The translations under genes and the position numbers were made by a program. This document shows positions 1-11,810 of a stretch of 64,000 bases of DNA, piece after piece. The DNA is from Eledone cirrhosa (Eukaryota). Each line of letters begins with the position of its first letter. Within the stretch, counting starts at the first letter, position 1. The notes under the pieces were generated by a model. It was not told the DNA's origin and did not search any database. It saw nothing but the letters and a program-made list of their open reading frames with translations. The stretch covers positions 16,244,001 through 16,308,000 of the forward strand of contig OZ024766.1 in assembly GCA_964016885.1 (NCBI GenBank). The letters are read 5' to 3'.

Positions 1-1043
1 TCCTGAAATTTACAACTCTTTCCTACAGTCAGACCTGGACACAATGCAGCAATGGAACACAGACTGGCAACTGAAGCTGGCTGTGGACAAGTGTACCACC
101 ATGCATTTTGGAAGGAAAAATCCAGCATCCACATACTCCCCCCACAACACTGACATCAAAAAGTCCTCTTGTGAACGTGACCTGTCAGCAACTATTTGCG
201 TTGGACAAAGCATGTCTCTAAGATTGTCAAGAAGGCCGAGGGTGTCTTGGCATCACTCAACAAGACCTTTGTTAGCCGCTCTCCAGCCATCTATTTAAAA
301 CTGTATACAGCTATGGTGCGACCACACTTGGAATTCGCATCATCAGTCTGGAACCCCTATCTTGCTCGGAACATTGACCTTCTGGAAACTGTTCAGAGAC
401 GTGCAACCAAGCGCATACCCTCCATCAGACACCTACCATACTCTGAACGCCTTGCTTTCCTGGGCATGGATTCATTGAAGCTCCGACGTCTGGCAATGGA
501 CTTGGTGAATACCCACAAAGTTTTTAACCATCTCGCCAACTGCAACCCTGAGCAGTCTCTTTGATCTCCATGTGTCTAACACACGTGGACATGCCTACAA
601 GATAAGAAAACAGCACAGCTCCCATGACTTTCGCAGACATTTTTTCACGCTCAAAGTTGCTGAAGCATGGAATAAACTGCCTGCGTCAATTGTTAGCTGC
701 CGAGACACTGCATCCTTTAAGACACTCATGCTTCCCGAAATACGCCAAAACTACACCTGATGTACCCCTTCCATACACATGCACACATGTGTGTATCATG
801 ACTCGTGCACTGTTCATTTTACTGATGTTTGTGCATTGCCCTATGTACTGTACATGCACTTTTTTGATGAGTTGTGGTGCACCTGGGCACTGTACACAAT
901 ATTTCATTATTGTTATTGTTATTATATCATGACTCATACACTGTTCATTTTCCTGACATTTGTACATTATTCTATGTACTATACATGCACCTTTGATGAG
1001 TTGTAATGCACCTGAGCACTGTACACAATAATTTCATTATTAT
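1..1043 (+). mobile_element. CR1-clade LINE, 3' end (disrupted ORF2 C-terminus plus 3'UTR), inserted in the intron of ZNF gene 1
   Basis: ORFs 196-564 and 572-760 read LYTAMVRPHLEFASSVWNPY...LETVQRRATK...ERL...TRGH..K...RRHFFT...WNKLP, the typical CR1 post-RT region, broken by a frameshift and a stop. The 3'UTR has an internal ~130-bp duplication and an (ATT)n tail abutting the 115-bp repeat. It is absent from the other cassettes. Confidence 0.85.
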
Positions 1044-1420
1044 AAAATAAAATATAGTTTATATTTAGCTGTACCTTGTCATTGCTTTAAGTTAGTTAAA
1101 TATATTTTTATTATTTAAATTACTTCCGTCTATTTATTTATCTTGTTCACTACTTTACATTATAAAATATAGTTTATATTTAGCTGTAAAGATATATTTA
1201 TTATTTAAATTACCTCCGTCTATTTAATTATCTTGTTCACTACCTTACATTATAAAATATAGTTTATATTTAGCTGTACCTTGTTGTTGCTTTAAGTAAA
1301 TTAAAGATATTTTTATTATTTAAATTACCTCCGTCTATTTAATTATGTGGTTCACTACCTTACATTATAAAATATAGTTTATATTTAGCTGTACCTTGTT
1401 ATTGCTTTAAGTAAATTAAT
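1044..1420. repeat. 115-bp AT-rich intronic tandem repeat (cassette 1, ~3.5 visible units)
   Basis: Repeating unit ttaaattacctccgtctatttaattatcttgttcactaccttacattataaaatatagtttatatttagctgtaccttg... Confidence 0.9.
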
Positions 1421-1690
1421 ATTTTGTCTATTTTAGTCTAAATCTCTTACAATTTAATTAACTTCATCTACTTATGGTTGAACATTACTTTATTGTGGGT
1501 TTCATTTCATTATAATTATGTCTGATTAGCCAGCCAAGTAGGGGTTGAGTATCTGTATTTCAGGGAACTGCTTTGATGGTGAAAGAACATCTGTTGGTGT
1601 GGGATCTCGGTGGCTGTACATAATAAGGTTCTAATACTCTAAAGAGCTAGCTGAATAACCGTCTGATACATGTCTTGTATACAGGATCAT

Positions 1691-2057
1691 AAAGCCATGT
1701 ATAGAAGAGCAGTCAGCAATGTCAGGATTAACATTCATTATAGTGAAGTGGCAGTATCGGTAGAGAGTCGGACACCATGCTTTGAAGCACAGAGTTACGT
1801 CCCTTTATGATCTGAGTTCAAATCCCGCCGAGTTTAACTTTGCCAATCATCCTTATGGGGTCGATAAAATAAAGTACCAGTAATGTACTGGTTAATTGCT
1901 GGCCTTGTGTTTAAAATAGAAACAATTATAGTGAATAATTTGGAGTGTAGTCTGGTGTCCACCAGGGCTCTGTTCTTAGCCCTCACTTAGTTATTATCGT
2001 CCTGCAGCCTATAACAGAAATGTTTAAGACTGGCTGCCCATGGGAACTCCTGTATGC
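1691..2057 (+). mobile_element. Internal RT-core fragment of an RTE LINE related to the element at 6883-10880, interrupted by a SINE
   Basis: gccatgtatagaagagcagtcagcaa...gtccaccagggctctgttcttagccctc...tttaagactggctgcccatgggaactcctgtatgct aligns by eye to 9447-9623. Copies begin near 14874, 24726, 33426, 44361 and 53980. Confidence 0.85.
1749..1924 (+). mobile_element. tRNA-derived SINE with a Meta-like central domain
   Basis: Box A-like tggcagtatcgg and box B gttcaaatcc, then aactttgcc..catcc...ggggtcgataaaataaagtaccag. It is flanked by an ~11-12-bp TSD attatagtgaa(g) at 1737 and 1925. Present in every cassette. Confidence 0.75.
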
Positions 2058-2610
2058 TCAGCAGGTCCTGAAGAATGCAATCATGTGCATTTTCCAGGTC
2101 TATAAAACGATAATATATACCTCTTGGCAATACTCCCATGATTTCTCAAAGACCTGCCACAGTGTGAATATTTGGTGGGTTATGTTGCACCCAGGGAGAA
2201 AACAGCACTGTCCATCACCTAGCTCGGACTCGCTACATCACTTTGCCAGAAACTTAGCATATACTTTACCAGGGAGTCTTAACAAGGTGATCCCTCTCTA
2301 TTTGGAACAATCTCTCATGTCTCCCTTTTTATAAATTGAGATTATCACTCCCGAGTGCCATTTCAGAGACCCAGGCCATCTGACACACATGAGTCGGTCA
2401 CATTTGAGCTCTTTAATTGCTCTTGTGACCTCAGCCTCCGAGAGATTAGTCACCGCTATCAGATTCACATCATGTACATCCGAAGATGCTGTTGTGATCG
2501 GGTTTGGGAGATCAGCAAAGTATTCTCTCCACCTCATGAGGATCCATCTCTCTGAAGAGAAAAGAACCCCAGATACACTCATGGTTGCAGGTGTGGAGGA
2601 AGATTTCTTG
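2058..2610 (-). mobile_element. Decayed antisense fragment of a second RTE-type LINE (linker plus N-terminal RT)
   Basis: The minus strand reads ILMRWREYFADL.N...LSEAEVTRAIKELK...GVIIPIYKKGD.RDCSK, continuing into YRGI/QIFTL-like motifs. Copies end near 15800, 25652, 34356, 45280 and 54912. Confidence 0.8.
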
Positions 2611-2724
2611 TAACAAATTAAAAATTAAAATAATTTGATTTTTCAATAAAAAGTTTCCAGGGTTTATAGATGTAAAATTTCCACTGTTAAATCTATCTCT
2701 GCTTCTTAAGTATTCTCTATTATT

Positions 2725-2749
2725 TCATACTGTTTCTTTTTCATTTCAG
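2725..2749 (+). promoter_or_regulatory. Splice acceptor of the coding exon (pyrimidine tract plus CAG)
   Basis: tactgtttctttttcatttcAG|aatatc is conserved in all cassettes (AG ending 2749, 15940, 25792, 34496, 45419, 55050). Confidence 0.65.
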
Positions 2750-3087
2750 AATATCAGATGACATTGGGATAAATTATTATTTTCAATCTTGGATACATCA
2801 CCTCTATTTATCATCATTTGAAGATTAAAACTTTTTAAACAGAACTTATATAACACTGTTTATATAAATCTATCAGAATTACTGTGATATATTTCCTCAG
2901 AACTGAGTTTAAAGACAAAATTCCTTTTCTTCACTGTGTGGTATATATATGAGAGATATATTTTGTATTTTAACTCAGCTTCAATGACAAAGAAGTTTGC
3001 ATCATCTTCAGGTATTAACTGAGATCATAATTGAGGGAAATATAACAGAAGAAATATTTTTTAGGAATATAATATGAAAAATATTAA

Positions 3088-4770
<1,683 letters not shown>

Positions 4771-4861
4771 ATAAGGTTACTTAATGTAACACAAACACAA
4801 TCAGACAAGATAAAAACTGTCACTCACCCAAAATAGTGCCACCAATGTTGTTAGTATCTTG

Positions 4862-4867
4862 AATAAA
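4862..4867 (+). terminator. Candidate polyadenylation signal
   Basis: AATAAA followed by GT-rich cttgtttgttct, conserved after each pseudo-finger tail (e.g. 19003). Confidence 0.4.
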
Positions 4868-5212
4868 ACTTGTTTGTTCTGAAATTATTCTCCTTTCATT
4901 TTATTTGTAGAAGTTGTAACCAAGACTTGTGCTGACAAATCTGTATGGTACAGAATTTACAAACACTGTATATATATATATATATATATATGTGCCAAAA
5001 CATCTATGATCTCGGTTTACAGCTGATAAAGGGTTTATTTTCTCCTTTCATCCATATTACCATCTTAAACTTTGTTTACAGTAACCACACAGCTCCTTTC
5101 GTTTCTTATAATTTTATATATATATATATATATAACAAAGGAGGTGTGGTAAAGAACCAGATGGACCATATACGCACCAGAGTACTCAATACTTAGGGTA
5201 GTAGAGTGGGTA

Positions 5213-5335
5213 ATAAGAAAATGTTTAACCCCGACGGCAGAGCTCAATCCGTTTCGATGGCTATTTCTGGAAACAGTCCAGAAATAACCGTCGAAATGGC
5301 TTGAGCTCTGCCGTCGGGGTTAAAGATTTTCCTAT
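5213..5335. repeat. Palindrome A: ~123-bp GC-rich hairpin (MITE-like)
   Basis: ataggaaaatgtttaaccccgacggcagagctcaa...tatttctgga [aacag] tccagaaata...ttgagctctgccgtcggggttaaacattttcctat. Copies at 19356-19478, 28871-28993, 37062-37184, 47945-48067 and 58409-58530. Confidence 0.9.
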
Positions 5336-5344
5336 ATATATATT

Positions 5345-6019
5345 CATCATCATCATCATCATCACCGTTTTACGTCCGTTCTTCCACGCTAGCATGGGTT
5401 AGACGGTTGTCCTGTTGTGTGCAGTGTCTGGTCGGCTGACCATGCCTTGCTCATACAGGAACTGATCTGGCTTTGATTTCTACAGCTGGATGCCCTTCCT
5501 AACACCAACCTCATTTACAGTGAGTGCTGGGTGCTTTTTCGTGGCGCCTACACGTCCACTTTACAGTGTGGGCTGGGTGCTTTTTTGCCGTGGCACCTCC
5601 ACGACCACCTTGCGGTGGGGGCATATTGTTTATATGCTTCAGCATGTACCCATGGGAGGTCGGGTACCCTGTATTACTGCGTGACGCCAGAAGTCACGGT
5701 CGTGTGTCATTGACTTTGAGAGGTGTAATTGGGTAAGGTTGGCTTTTATCACCTCATCCCAGGTCATATTGGGTCTCCCCACTCCGCGGTTTCCATCAAC
5801 TTCTAGTGCTCTGCACCTTTTTATGCAGCTGTCATCCTTCATACGCATCACATGTCCATACCAGCGTAACCGCCTCTCCTGCACACAGCATTTGATTCCT
5901 CTTATGTTCAGTGTCTCTCTCAATTCATTTATGCTTTGTCGTTCACGTTTACTACTGTTACACATCCATCGGAGCATGCAGGCTTCGTTTCTCTCTAATC
6001 TCCGTAAGTCTTCCACCTT
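5345..6019 (-). mobile_element. 5'-truncated copy of the RTE LINE with a ~25-bp TSD
   Basis: Near-identical reverse complement of ~10199-10880, with a (CAT)n tail at 5345. TSD ttaaa[g/c]attttcctatatatatatt at 5320-5344 and 6018-6042. Confidence 0.93.
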
Positions 6020-6882
6020 AAACATTTTCCTATATATATATTATATATATGTATGAGTGTATATGTCAGTGAGTAGAAATTTCTGTCCATGAATATGATT
6101 ATCTTTATTTGTATATATATGTGTGTGTATATGTATGTGTATGTTTATATGTTTTCTTATATACATGTGTGCACATCTTGATATATTTTCAGTGTCTGTT
6201 CTAGTTCTCAGAGTACAAATCCCACTGAGGTAAAGTTGCTTTGCTATTTTGAGGCCAATAAATGAAATACCAGTGAAATACTGGGGTGGTTAATTCCTCT
6301 TCTTTGTCATTGTCTGTTTGTCTACTCTTCTCTTTCTCTGTATATATATATATATATCTTTTTGGTATGACACCCACAATTTGATTTAGATTAATTTTAT
6401 TTTAATTTATCTTAATTTTGGATATATATATATATAAATACGGCCCCTTAATTGTAGAGCTAACTCTGTTGAAAGGACCTGACTGCTGTTTCTAGTTGTC
6501 AATAACCCTATTCACGCAACTAGGATGAAGCTGGTATGATGTGTGTATTTTTAGTAGATACAGCACGTGTTACTGGTCAGTCGCTGATTTGAACTTGATG
6601 CGTAAACACAGATGGTTGGACTTCTTCCTGGTTGAGAATCCAAGATCTGGCTACTGTCGCTTACCAATCGATTAATTGGTGAAATATATTTCTTTAATGG
6701 AATATATACAAGGAAGATTAATCATTTTCTAAGGTATCTATCTTTGAAGTTCTAGTTAAACTTTATTTAGTTACCTACCTAGCTATGTGTGCTTACACAC
6801 TTTTACAAATTATCCCCTGTGATTGTTTCATATGTTTATTTATATGTCAATCAATTTCTAGTTGATATATATATAAATATAT

Positions 6883-9800
6883 GCACTTCTTTAAGGCTTA
6901 CTACCCTGTCTTTAACCTAATTCATTCAATCTGAAAATATTGAAGAGATAAGACACTTTCCCATTCTTCTCTGCTAAAATGTATCACTAGAGCTGATTCC
7001 AATTTTCCCAGCCAGCCATCCATCTAATCTACGAAGGTATTTTAGCCTACATATTGTCGTTAATATTATGATGTTCCCTGCTGTATTAGTGTTAAATTTT
7101 CCCTGCTGTATTAGCGATAAATTTTCGAGGGTTTCTCTTAGTAGTTTTTTTCATGACGTTATTATTGTTAATTTTACTGATGTAGTATTAACTTGGATAT
7201 TTACCATGCGACCCTCAGTTCCTACCTCACAATTTCCCTCCCCCCCACCCCCACACACCACCATAGTCTATTCGACCAATCAAACCTAGCATGCCATTTC
7301 CACTGCTGCTGCTGCTACTACCTGCCTAACTAACTCTCTCCTCCTCTGGCGCATCCCAACACACCCTGCCATTACCCCACCACCACTGTCCTTCTAGCCC
7401 TCAATTTTCCCACCGTTATGGATGGATGAGCTGGGAATACATGAGCAACTCTGAATCAATAGATGAAATATGAATCTGCGAGCTACCAAGCACCCACGTG
7501 AAGCGCCAACCCAGAGACCCTCCCCTACGAGTGTCGACAAATGCCCAAAACTCCGTGTTGGTACCATCAATGTAGGCTCAATGAAAGGAAGAGCAGGAGA
7601 AATCGTAGAAATGCTAGAGCGAAAGGAAGTTGATGTATGCTGTGTGCAAGAGACTAGATGGAGAGGAGGGTCTGCTAGAGTCCTTGTAGGAAAAAGCCAG
7701 TGCTACAAATTTTTCTGGGTGGGAAATGACGATGGGATGGGTGGTGTAGGTATACTATTAGCTGACAAGTGGGTAGATAAAGTAATCTCAGTGTACAGAG
7801 TAAATGCAAGAATCATTAAACTCAGACTAGTCCTGAATAAGACAATTACCACAATAATATCAGCTTACGCACCCCAATCGGGGCTGCCAGACGAACTTAA
7901 GGATAGGTTTTACGAGTCCCTAATACACACTACTGCTCTAACAGACGACAAGGACTTCCTAATCATTGCAGGAGATTTTAACGGACACGTAGGTAAACAC
8001 TGCGACGGCTTCAATAGAGTACATGGAGTTGGCACAAGGAATGAGGAAGGATTCAGACTTCTAGAATTCTGCGACGCCAATGACATGTCGATATGTAACA
8101 CAAACTTTAAAAAACCCGACAACCACCTGATCACCTATAGATCAGGGGAGCACTCTAGTCAGTTAGATTTTATCCTCATCAGAGGACGTGACAGATGGAC
8201 GGTCGTAAACACAAAAGCCTTCCCTAGTGAGGAATGTACATCCCAACATAGCTTAGTTGTCAGCGACCTCACGGTCAGAACTAGACGAGCCCTGAAACAG
8301 AGGCCAACCTGGAGAAGAAAGATCTGGAAGCTGAAAGTCCCCTCAACCAGTAACAGATTTAAAGATATTTTACTCAACGCCTACGACAGTAAAGAAGAAC
8401 AGATAGAGACATTTAACGTAGAAGAGAACTGGGAGTTCCTAAAAAATAACTTACTAGAGGCGACGGATGAGGTTTGTGGCTGGAGTAAGACCTCAAGCAG
8501 GAGGAGAGTGACTTGGTGGTGGAACAATAAGGTAGATGAAGCAGTCAAGGCCAAGAGACAGGCATGGAAAGAATGGAAGAACGGGGGGAGCAGGGTACAT
8601 TACATAGAGACCAAGAGGGAAGCTAGGCGACAAGTATACTTAGCTAGGAGGGAAGCAGAGGATAGAAAATTCAAGCATGTTTTACAACGTGAGGACCAGA
8701 AACAGGAGGTATTCAAGATTGCGAGGCAGTGTGTCAGAGATAGTTGTGATGTCATTGGAGAGAAGTGTATCCGGAATGATAAAGGTGAGCTTGCCCTCAC
8801 AAGTGCTGAGAAGAAAGATGCATGGAAGAGTCATTATGATAGATTACTAAATGAGGAGAATGCATGGGAAGAAGAGACCCTACCCCACGTAGACCCTATA
8901 GAGGGACCAGCAGTACAAGTCAGCGGCAGCGTAGTAAGTAAGGCAATCAGAGATATGAAGATAGGGAAGGCAACCGGTCCATCGGGTATAGCTGCCGAGA
9001 TGCTGAAGGCATCTGGGTCTGTAGGTCACACTATAACCACACGTATCGTTAACCAGGTAATACTAGAGGGGGCCATACCAAAAGATTGGTGCAGTAGCAT
9101 CATTGTCAACTGCTACAAAGGTAAAGGCGATGCACTAGATAGAGGAAACTATAGAGGTATAAAGTTGATGGACCAGGTCATGAAAGTAACAGAAAGAGTT
9201 ATAGCACAGCTGATTAGGGACCGGGTGAATATAGACGAGATGCAATTTGGGTTTGTACCAGGGAAAGGCACCACTGATGCGCTCTTCCTTGTGAGGCAAT
9301 TACAGGAAAAGTACCTAGCTAAAAGTAAGCCACTCTACTTGGCATTTGTCGACCTTGAGAAAGCCTTTGACAGAGTTCCACGTGCAGTAATCTGGTGGGC
9401 TCTTAGAAAACTAGGAGTAGATGAATGGCTTGTGAAAGCGGTACAAGCCATGTATAGGGGAGCAGTCAGCAAAGTTAGGATTGGCAATGAGTATAGCGAG
9501 GAATTTAGCGTACAGGTTGGGGTCCACCAGGGCTCTGTTCTTAGCCCTCTCCTGTTCATCATAGTCCTGCAGGCAATAACGGAGGAGTTTAAGACCGGAT
9601 GCCCATGGGAACTCCTGTATGCTGATGACCTCGCACTCATAGCTGAATCTATGGTAGAACTAGAGAATAAATTCCAAACCTGGAAGCAGGGACTAGAGAG
9701 AAAGGGCCTCAAAGTCAACATGACAAAGACTAAGGTCCTTATAAGTAGACGAGAAAACAGAACCCAGATCCCCTCAGGGAAATGGCCTTGCTCAGTATGT

Positions 9801-10880
9801 AGGAAAGGTGTAGGTAGGAACTCCATTCTTTGCCCCAAATGCAAACAATGGGTACACAAGAGATGTAGCGGGATCTCAGGAAGCTTAATTAAGAATGTAG
9901 GATTCACATGCAGCAGCTGTGCTGAAACAGCAAGCAAACAGCCACAGGAAACAAGTACCACCAATCTCTGGGAGGGCCCTGTAGAAACAGTAGACAGCTT
10001 CTGCTACCTAGGTGACCGAATTAGCAACGGAGGTGGGTGCTCAGAAAGTACAATAACTAGGGTAAGAACGGGATGGAAGAAGTTTAGGGAACTACTACCA
10101 CTGCTAGCTGCAAAAGGCTTCTCCCTCAGAATGAAAGGCAGACTGTATGATGCGTGTATCCGAACAGCGATGTTGCATGGTAGTGAGACCTGGGCGCTGA
10201 AGGTGGAAGACTTACGTAGATTAGAGAGAAACGAAGCCTGCATGCTCCGATGGATGTGTAACAGTAATATACGTGAACGACAAAGCATAAATGAATTGAG
10301 AGAGAGACTGAGCATAAGAGGAATCAAATGCTGCGTGCAGGAGAGGCGGTTACGCTGGTATGGACATGTGATGCGTATGAAGGATGACAGCTGCATAAAA
10401 AGGTGCAGAGCACTAGAAGTTGATGGAAACCGCGGAGTGGGGAGACCCAAGATGACTTGGGATGAGGTGATAAAAGCCGACCTTACCCAACTACACCTCT
10501 CAAAGTCAATGACACACGACCGTGACTTCTGGCGTCACGCAGTAATACAGGGTACCCGACCTCCCATGGGTACATGCTGAAGCATATAAACAATATGCCC
10601 CCCCCCCCCACCGCAAGGTGGTCGTGGAGGTGCCACGGCAAAAAAGCACCCAGCCCACACTGTAAAGTGGACGTGTAGGCGCCACGAAAAAGCACCCAGC
10701 ACTCACTGTAAATGAGGTTGGTGTTAGGAAGGGCATCCAGCTGTAGAAATCAAGCCAGATCAGTTCCTGTATGAGCAAGGCATGGTCAGCCGACCAGACA
10801 CTGCCCACAACAGGACAACCCGTCTAACCCATGCTAGCGTGGAAGAACGGACGTAAAACGGTGATGATGATGATGATGAT
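6883..10880 (+). mobile_element. Full-length or near full-length RTE-clade non-LTR retrotransposon inserted in a (TA)n tract
   Basis: The empty site gttgat(at)n-acgtggaaaag is seen at ~20420-20450 and ~38140-38190. The element has a single long ORF, a ~280-bp 3'UTR and a (TGA)n tail. Confidence 0.92.
7470..10580 (+). CDS. RTE LINE ORF: APE endonuclease plus reverse transcriptase with an internal PHD-like Cys/His finger
   Basis: APE motifs TINVG, QETRW, YAP, GDFN, QLDF, SQH. RT motifs YRGIKL, QFGF, FVDLEKAFDRV, GVHQGSVLSPLLF, YADD, YLG. 1036 aa with no stops. Confidence 0.95.
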   Translation: MNLRATKHPREAPTQRPSPTSVDKCPKLRVGTINVGSMKGRAGEIVEMLERKEVDVCCVQETRWRGGSARVLVGKSQCYKFFWVGNDDGMGGVGILLADKWVDKVISVYRVNARIIKLRLVLNKTITTIISAYAPQSGLPDELKDRFYESLIHTTALTDDKDFLIIAGDFNGHVGKHCDGFNRVHGVGTRNEEGFRLLEFCDANDMSICNTNFKKPDNHLITYRSGEHSSQLDFILIRGRDRWTVVNTKAFPSEECTSQHSLVVSDLTVRTRRALKQRPTWRRKIWKLKVPSTSNRFKDILLNAYDSKEEQIETFNVEENWEFLKNNLLEATDEVCGWSKTSSRRRVTWWWNNKVDEAVKAKRQAWKEWKNGGSRVHYIETKREARRQVYLARREAEDRKFKHVLQREDQKQEVFKIARQCVRDSCDVIGEKCIRNDKGELALTSAEKKDAWKSHYDRLLNEENAWEEETLPHVDPIEGPAVQVSGSVVSKAIRDMKIGKATGPSGIAAEMLKASGSVGHTITTRIVNQVILEGAIPKDWCSSIIVNCYKGKGDALDRGNYRGIKLMDQVMKVTERVIAQLIRDRVNIDEMQFGFVPGKGTTDALFLVRQLQEKYLAKSKPLYLAFVDLEKAFDRVPRAVIWWALRKLGVDEWLVKAVQAMYRGAVSKVRIGNEYSEEFSVQVGVHQGSVLSPLLFIIVLQAITEEFKTGCPWELLYADDLALIAESMVELENKFQTWKQGLERKGLKVNMTKTKVLISRRENRTQIPSGKWPCSVCRKGVGRNSILCPKCKQWVHKRCSGISGSLIKNVGFTCSSCAETASKQPQETSTTNLWEGPVETVDSFCYLGDRISNGGGCSESTITRVRTGWKKFRELLPLLAAKGFSLRMKGRLYDACIRTAMLHGSETWALKVEDLRRLERNEACMLRWMCNSNIRERQSINELRERLSIRGIKCCVQERRLRWYGHVMRMKDDSCIKRCRALEVDGNRGVGRPKMTWDEVIKADLTQLHLSKSMTHDRDFWRHAVIQGTRPPMGTC

Positions 10881-11349
10881 ATATAATAAACGTGGAAAAG
10901 TAAAATATAGCAGAACAGACCGTTAAAAGATGTTTATTTAAAATAGCACCTATGTACGTTTCACCTGGATGGGCTTCTCAAGGGTATAAATAACTAAAAA
11001 GTGTTCCTTACATGGCCCAGAATGTGTTTTTAGAGATAAGTTCACGTCAGAGTTCATTCTACGCAAAAAAGCGTGTTTTGATTTTGCAGTAGGTCAAGGG
11101 AGGTAACTCTAGCTGGTGTTAGGGCAGTCTTTCCCGGAAATTTTTTTATCTGTTAAAAGATATGGTTACAACCCTACCATTGTCGATACGCACAGGGTCA
11201 GGTATGCAACGTTTGTTTGCTGCACCTGCCCGCCTGGGTCACTTGAAGCCATGTCTGGGATGCATGGTTAGTTTCCGGATGTTTTTTGCAGCGCCTGCTA
11301 TATATATATATATATGAGCGAGACACGGTCACCCGACCTAACTTGCTTC

Positions 11350-11415
11350 TAAATACGACAAACCCGTCCAACCCATGCTAGCATGGAAGATAGACATTAA
11401 TCAATGATGATGATA
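11350..11415 (+). mobile_element. Short old RTE/SINE 3' tail remnant
   Basis: aacccgtccaacccatgctagcatggaaga...atgatgatgat matches the LINE end at 10817-10880. Also near 20915 and 60275. Confidence 0.65.
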
Positions 11416-11686
11416 TCTAGGGATTGTAACATTACCACAACAGAAGTCTGACAAGCTTTTAATTCCAGAGTCAGGCTAGATCAATACAGATCAAACCTTG
11501 AGCTGATCGATAGCAAAACGTGCTTCACTGCTCAATAAATGTAATGAAGACATGACAAATTGTCCTCTCGCTCTCTCTCTCTATATAGAGAAAAGGTGAA
11601 GTTTGAAATAGCACGGAAAATATATTTTAGGGCCTGTTTTTCTGTTATATATCTTTTGATTCGTTAAAGTGACCCTATTGAAAAAA

Positions 11687-11810
11687 TCATCATTCATCAT
11701 CATTTCATTTCACGTCCGCTTTTTCCCTGCTTGCAAGGGTGGTGCGGGAACTGATTGTGGCTGGGTGCCCTTCCTAATGCCAACCTCATTTACAGTGAGT
11801 GCTGGGTGCT
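11687..11810 (-). mobile_element. Antisense 3' tail of the RTE-dependent SINE family
   Basis: The reverse complement matches 59655-59784 (agcacccagcactcactgtaaatgaggttgg...cccttgcaagcagggaaaa..ggacgt.aaatgaaatgatgatg). Also near 21243, 38400 and 60604. Confidence 0.7.

Noticed and set aside
4945-5247. Short ORFs across (TA)n tracts (YIYIYI-type) here and in the other cassettes
   Set aside because: Low-complexity translations whose frame changes with microsatellite length.
7068-7289. Upstream 73-aa ORF as LINE ORF1
   Set aside because: No recognisable motif, low complexity, and RTE elements commonly lack a substantial ORF1.
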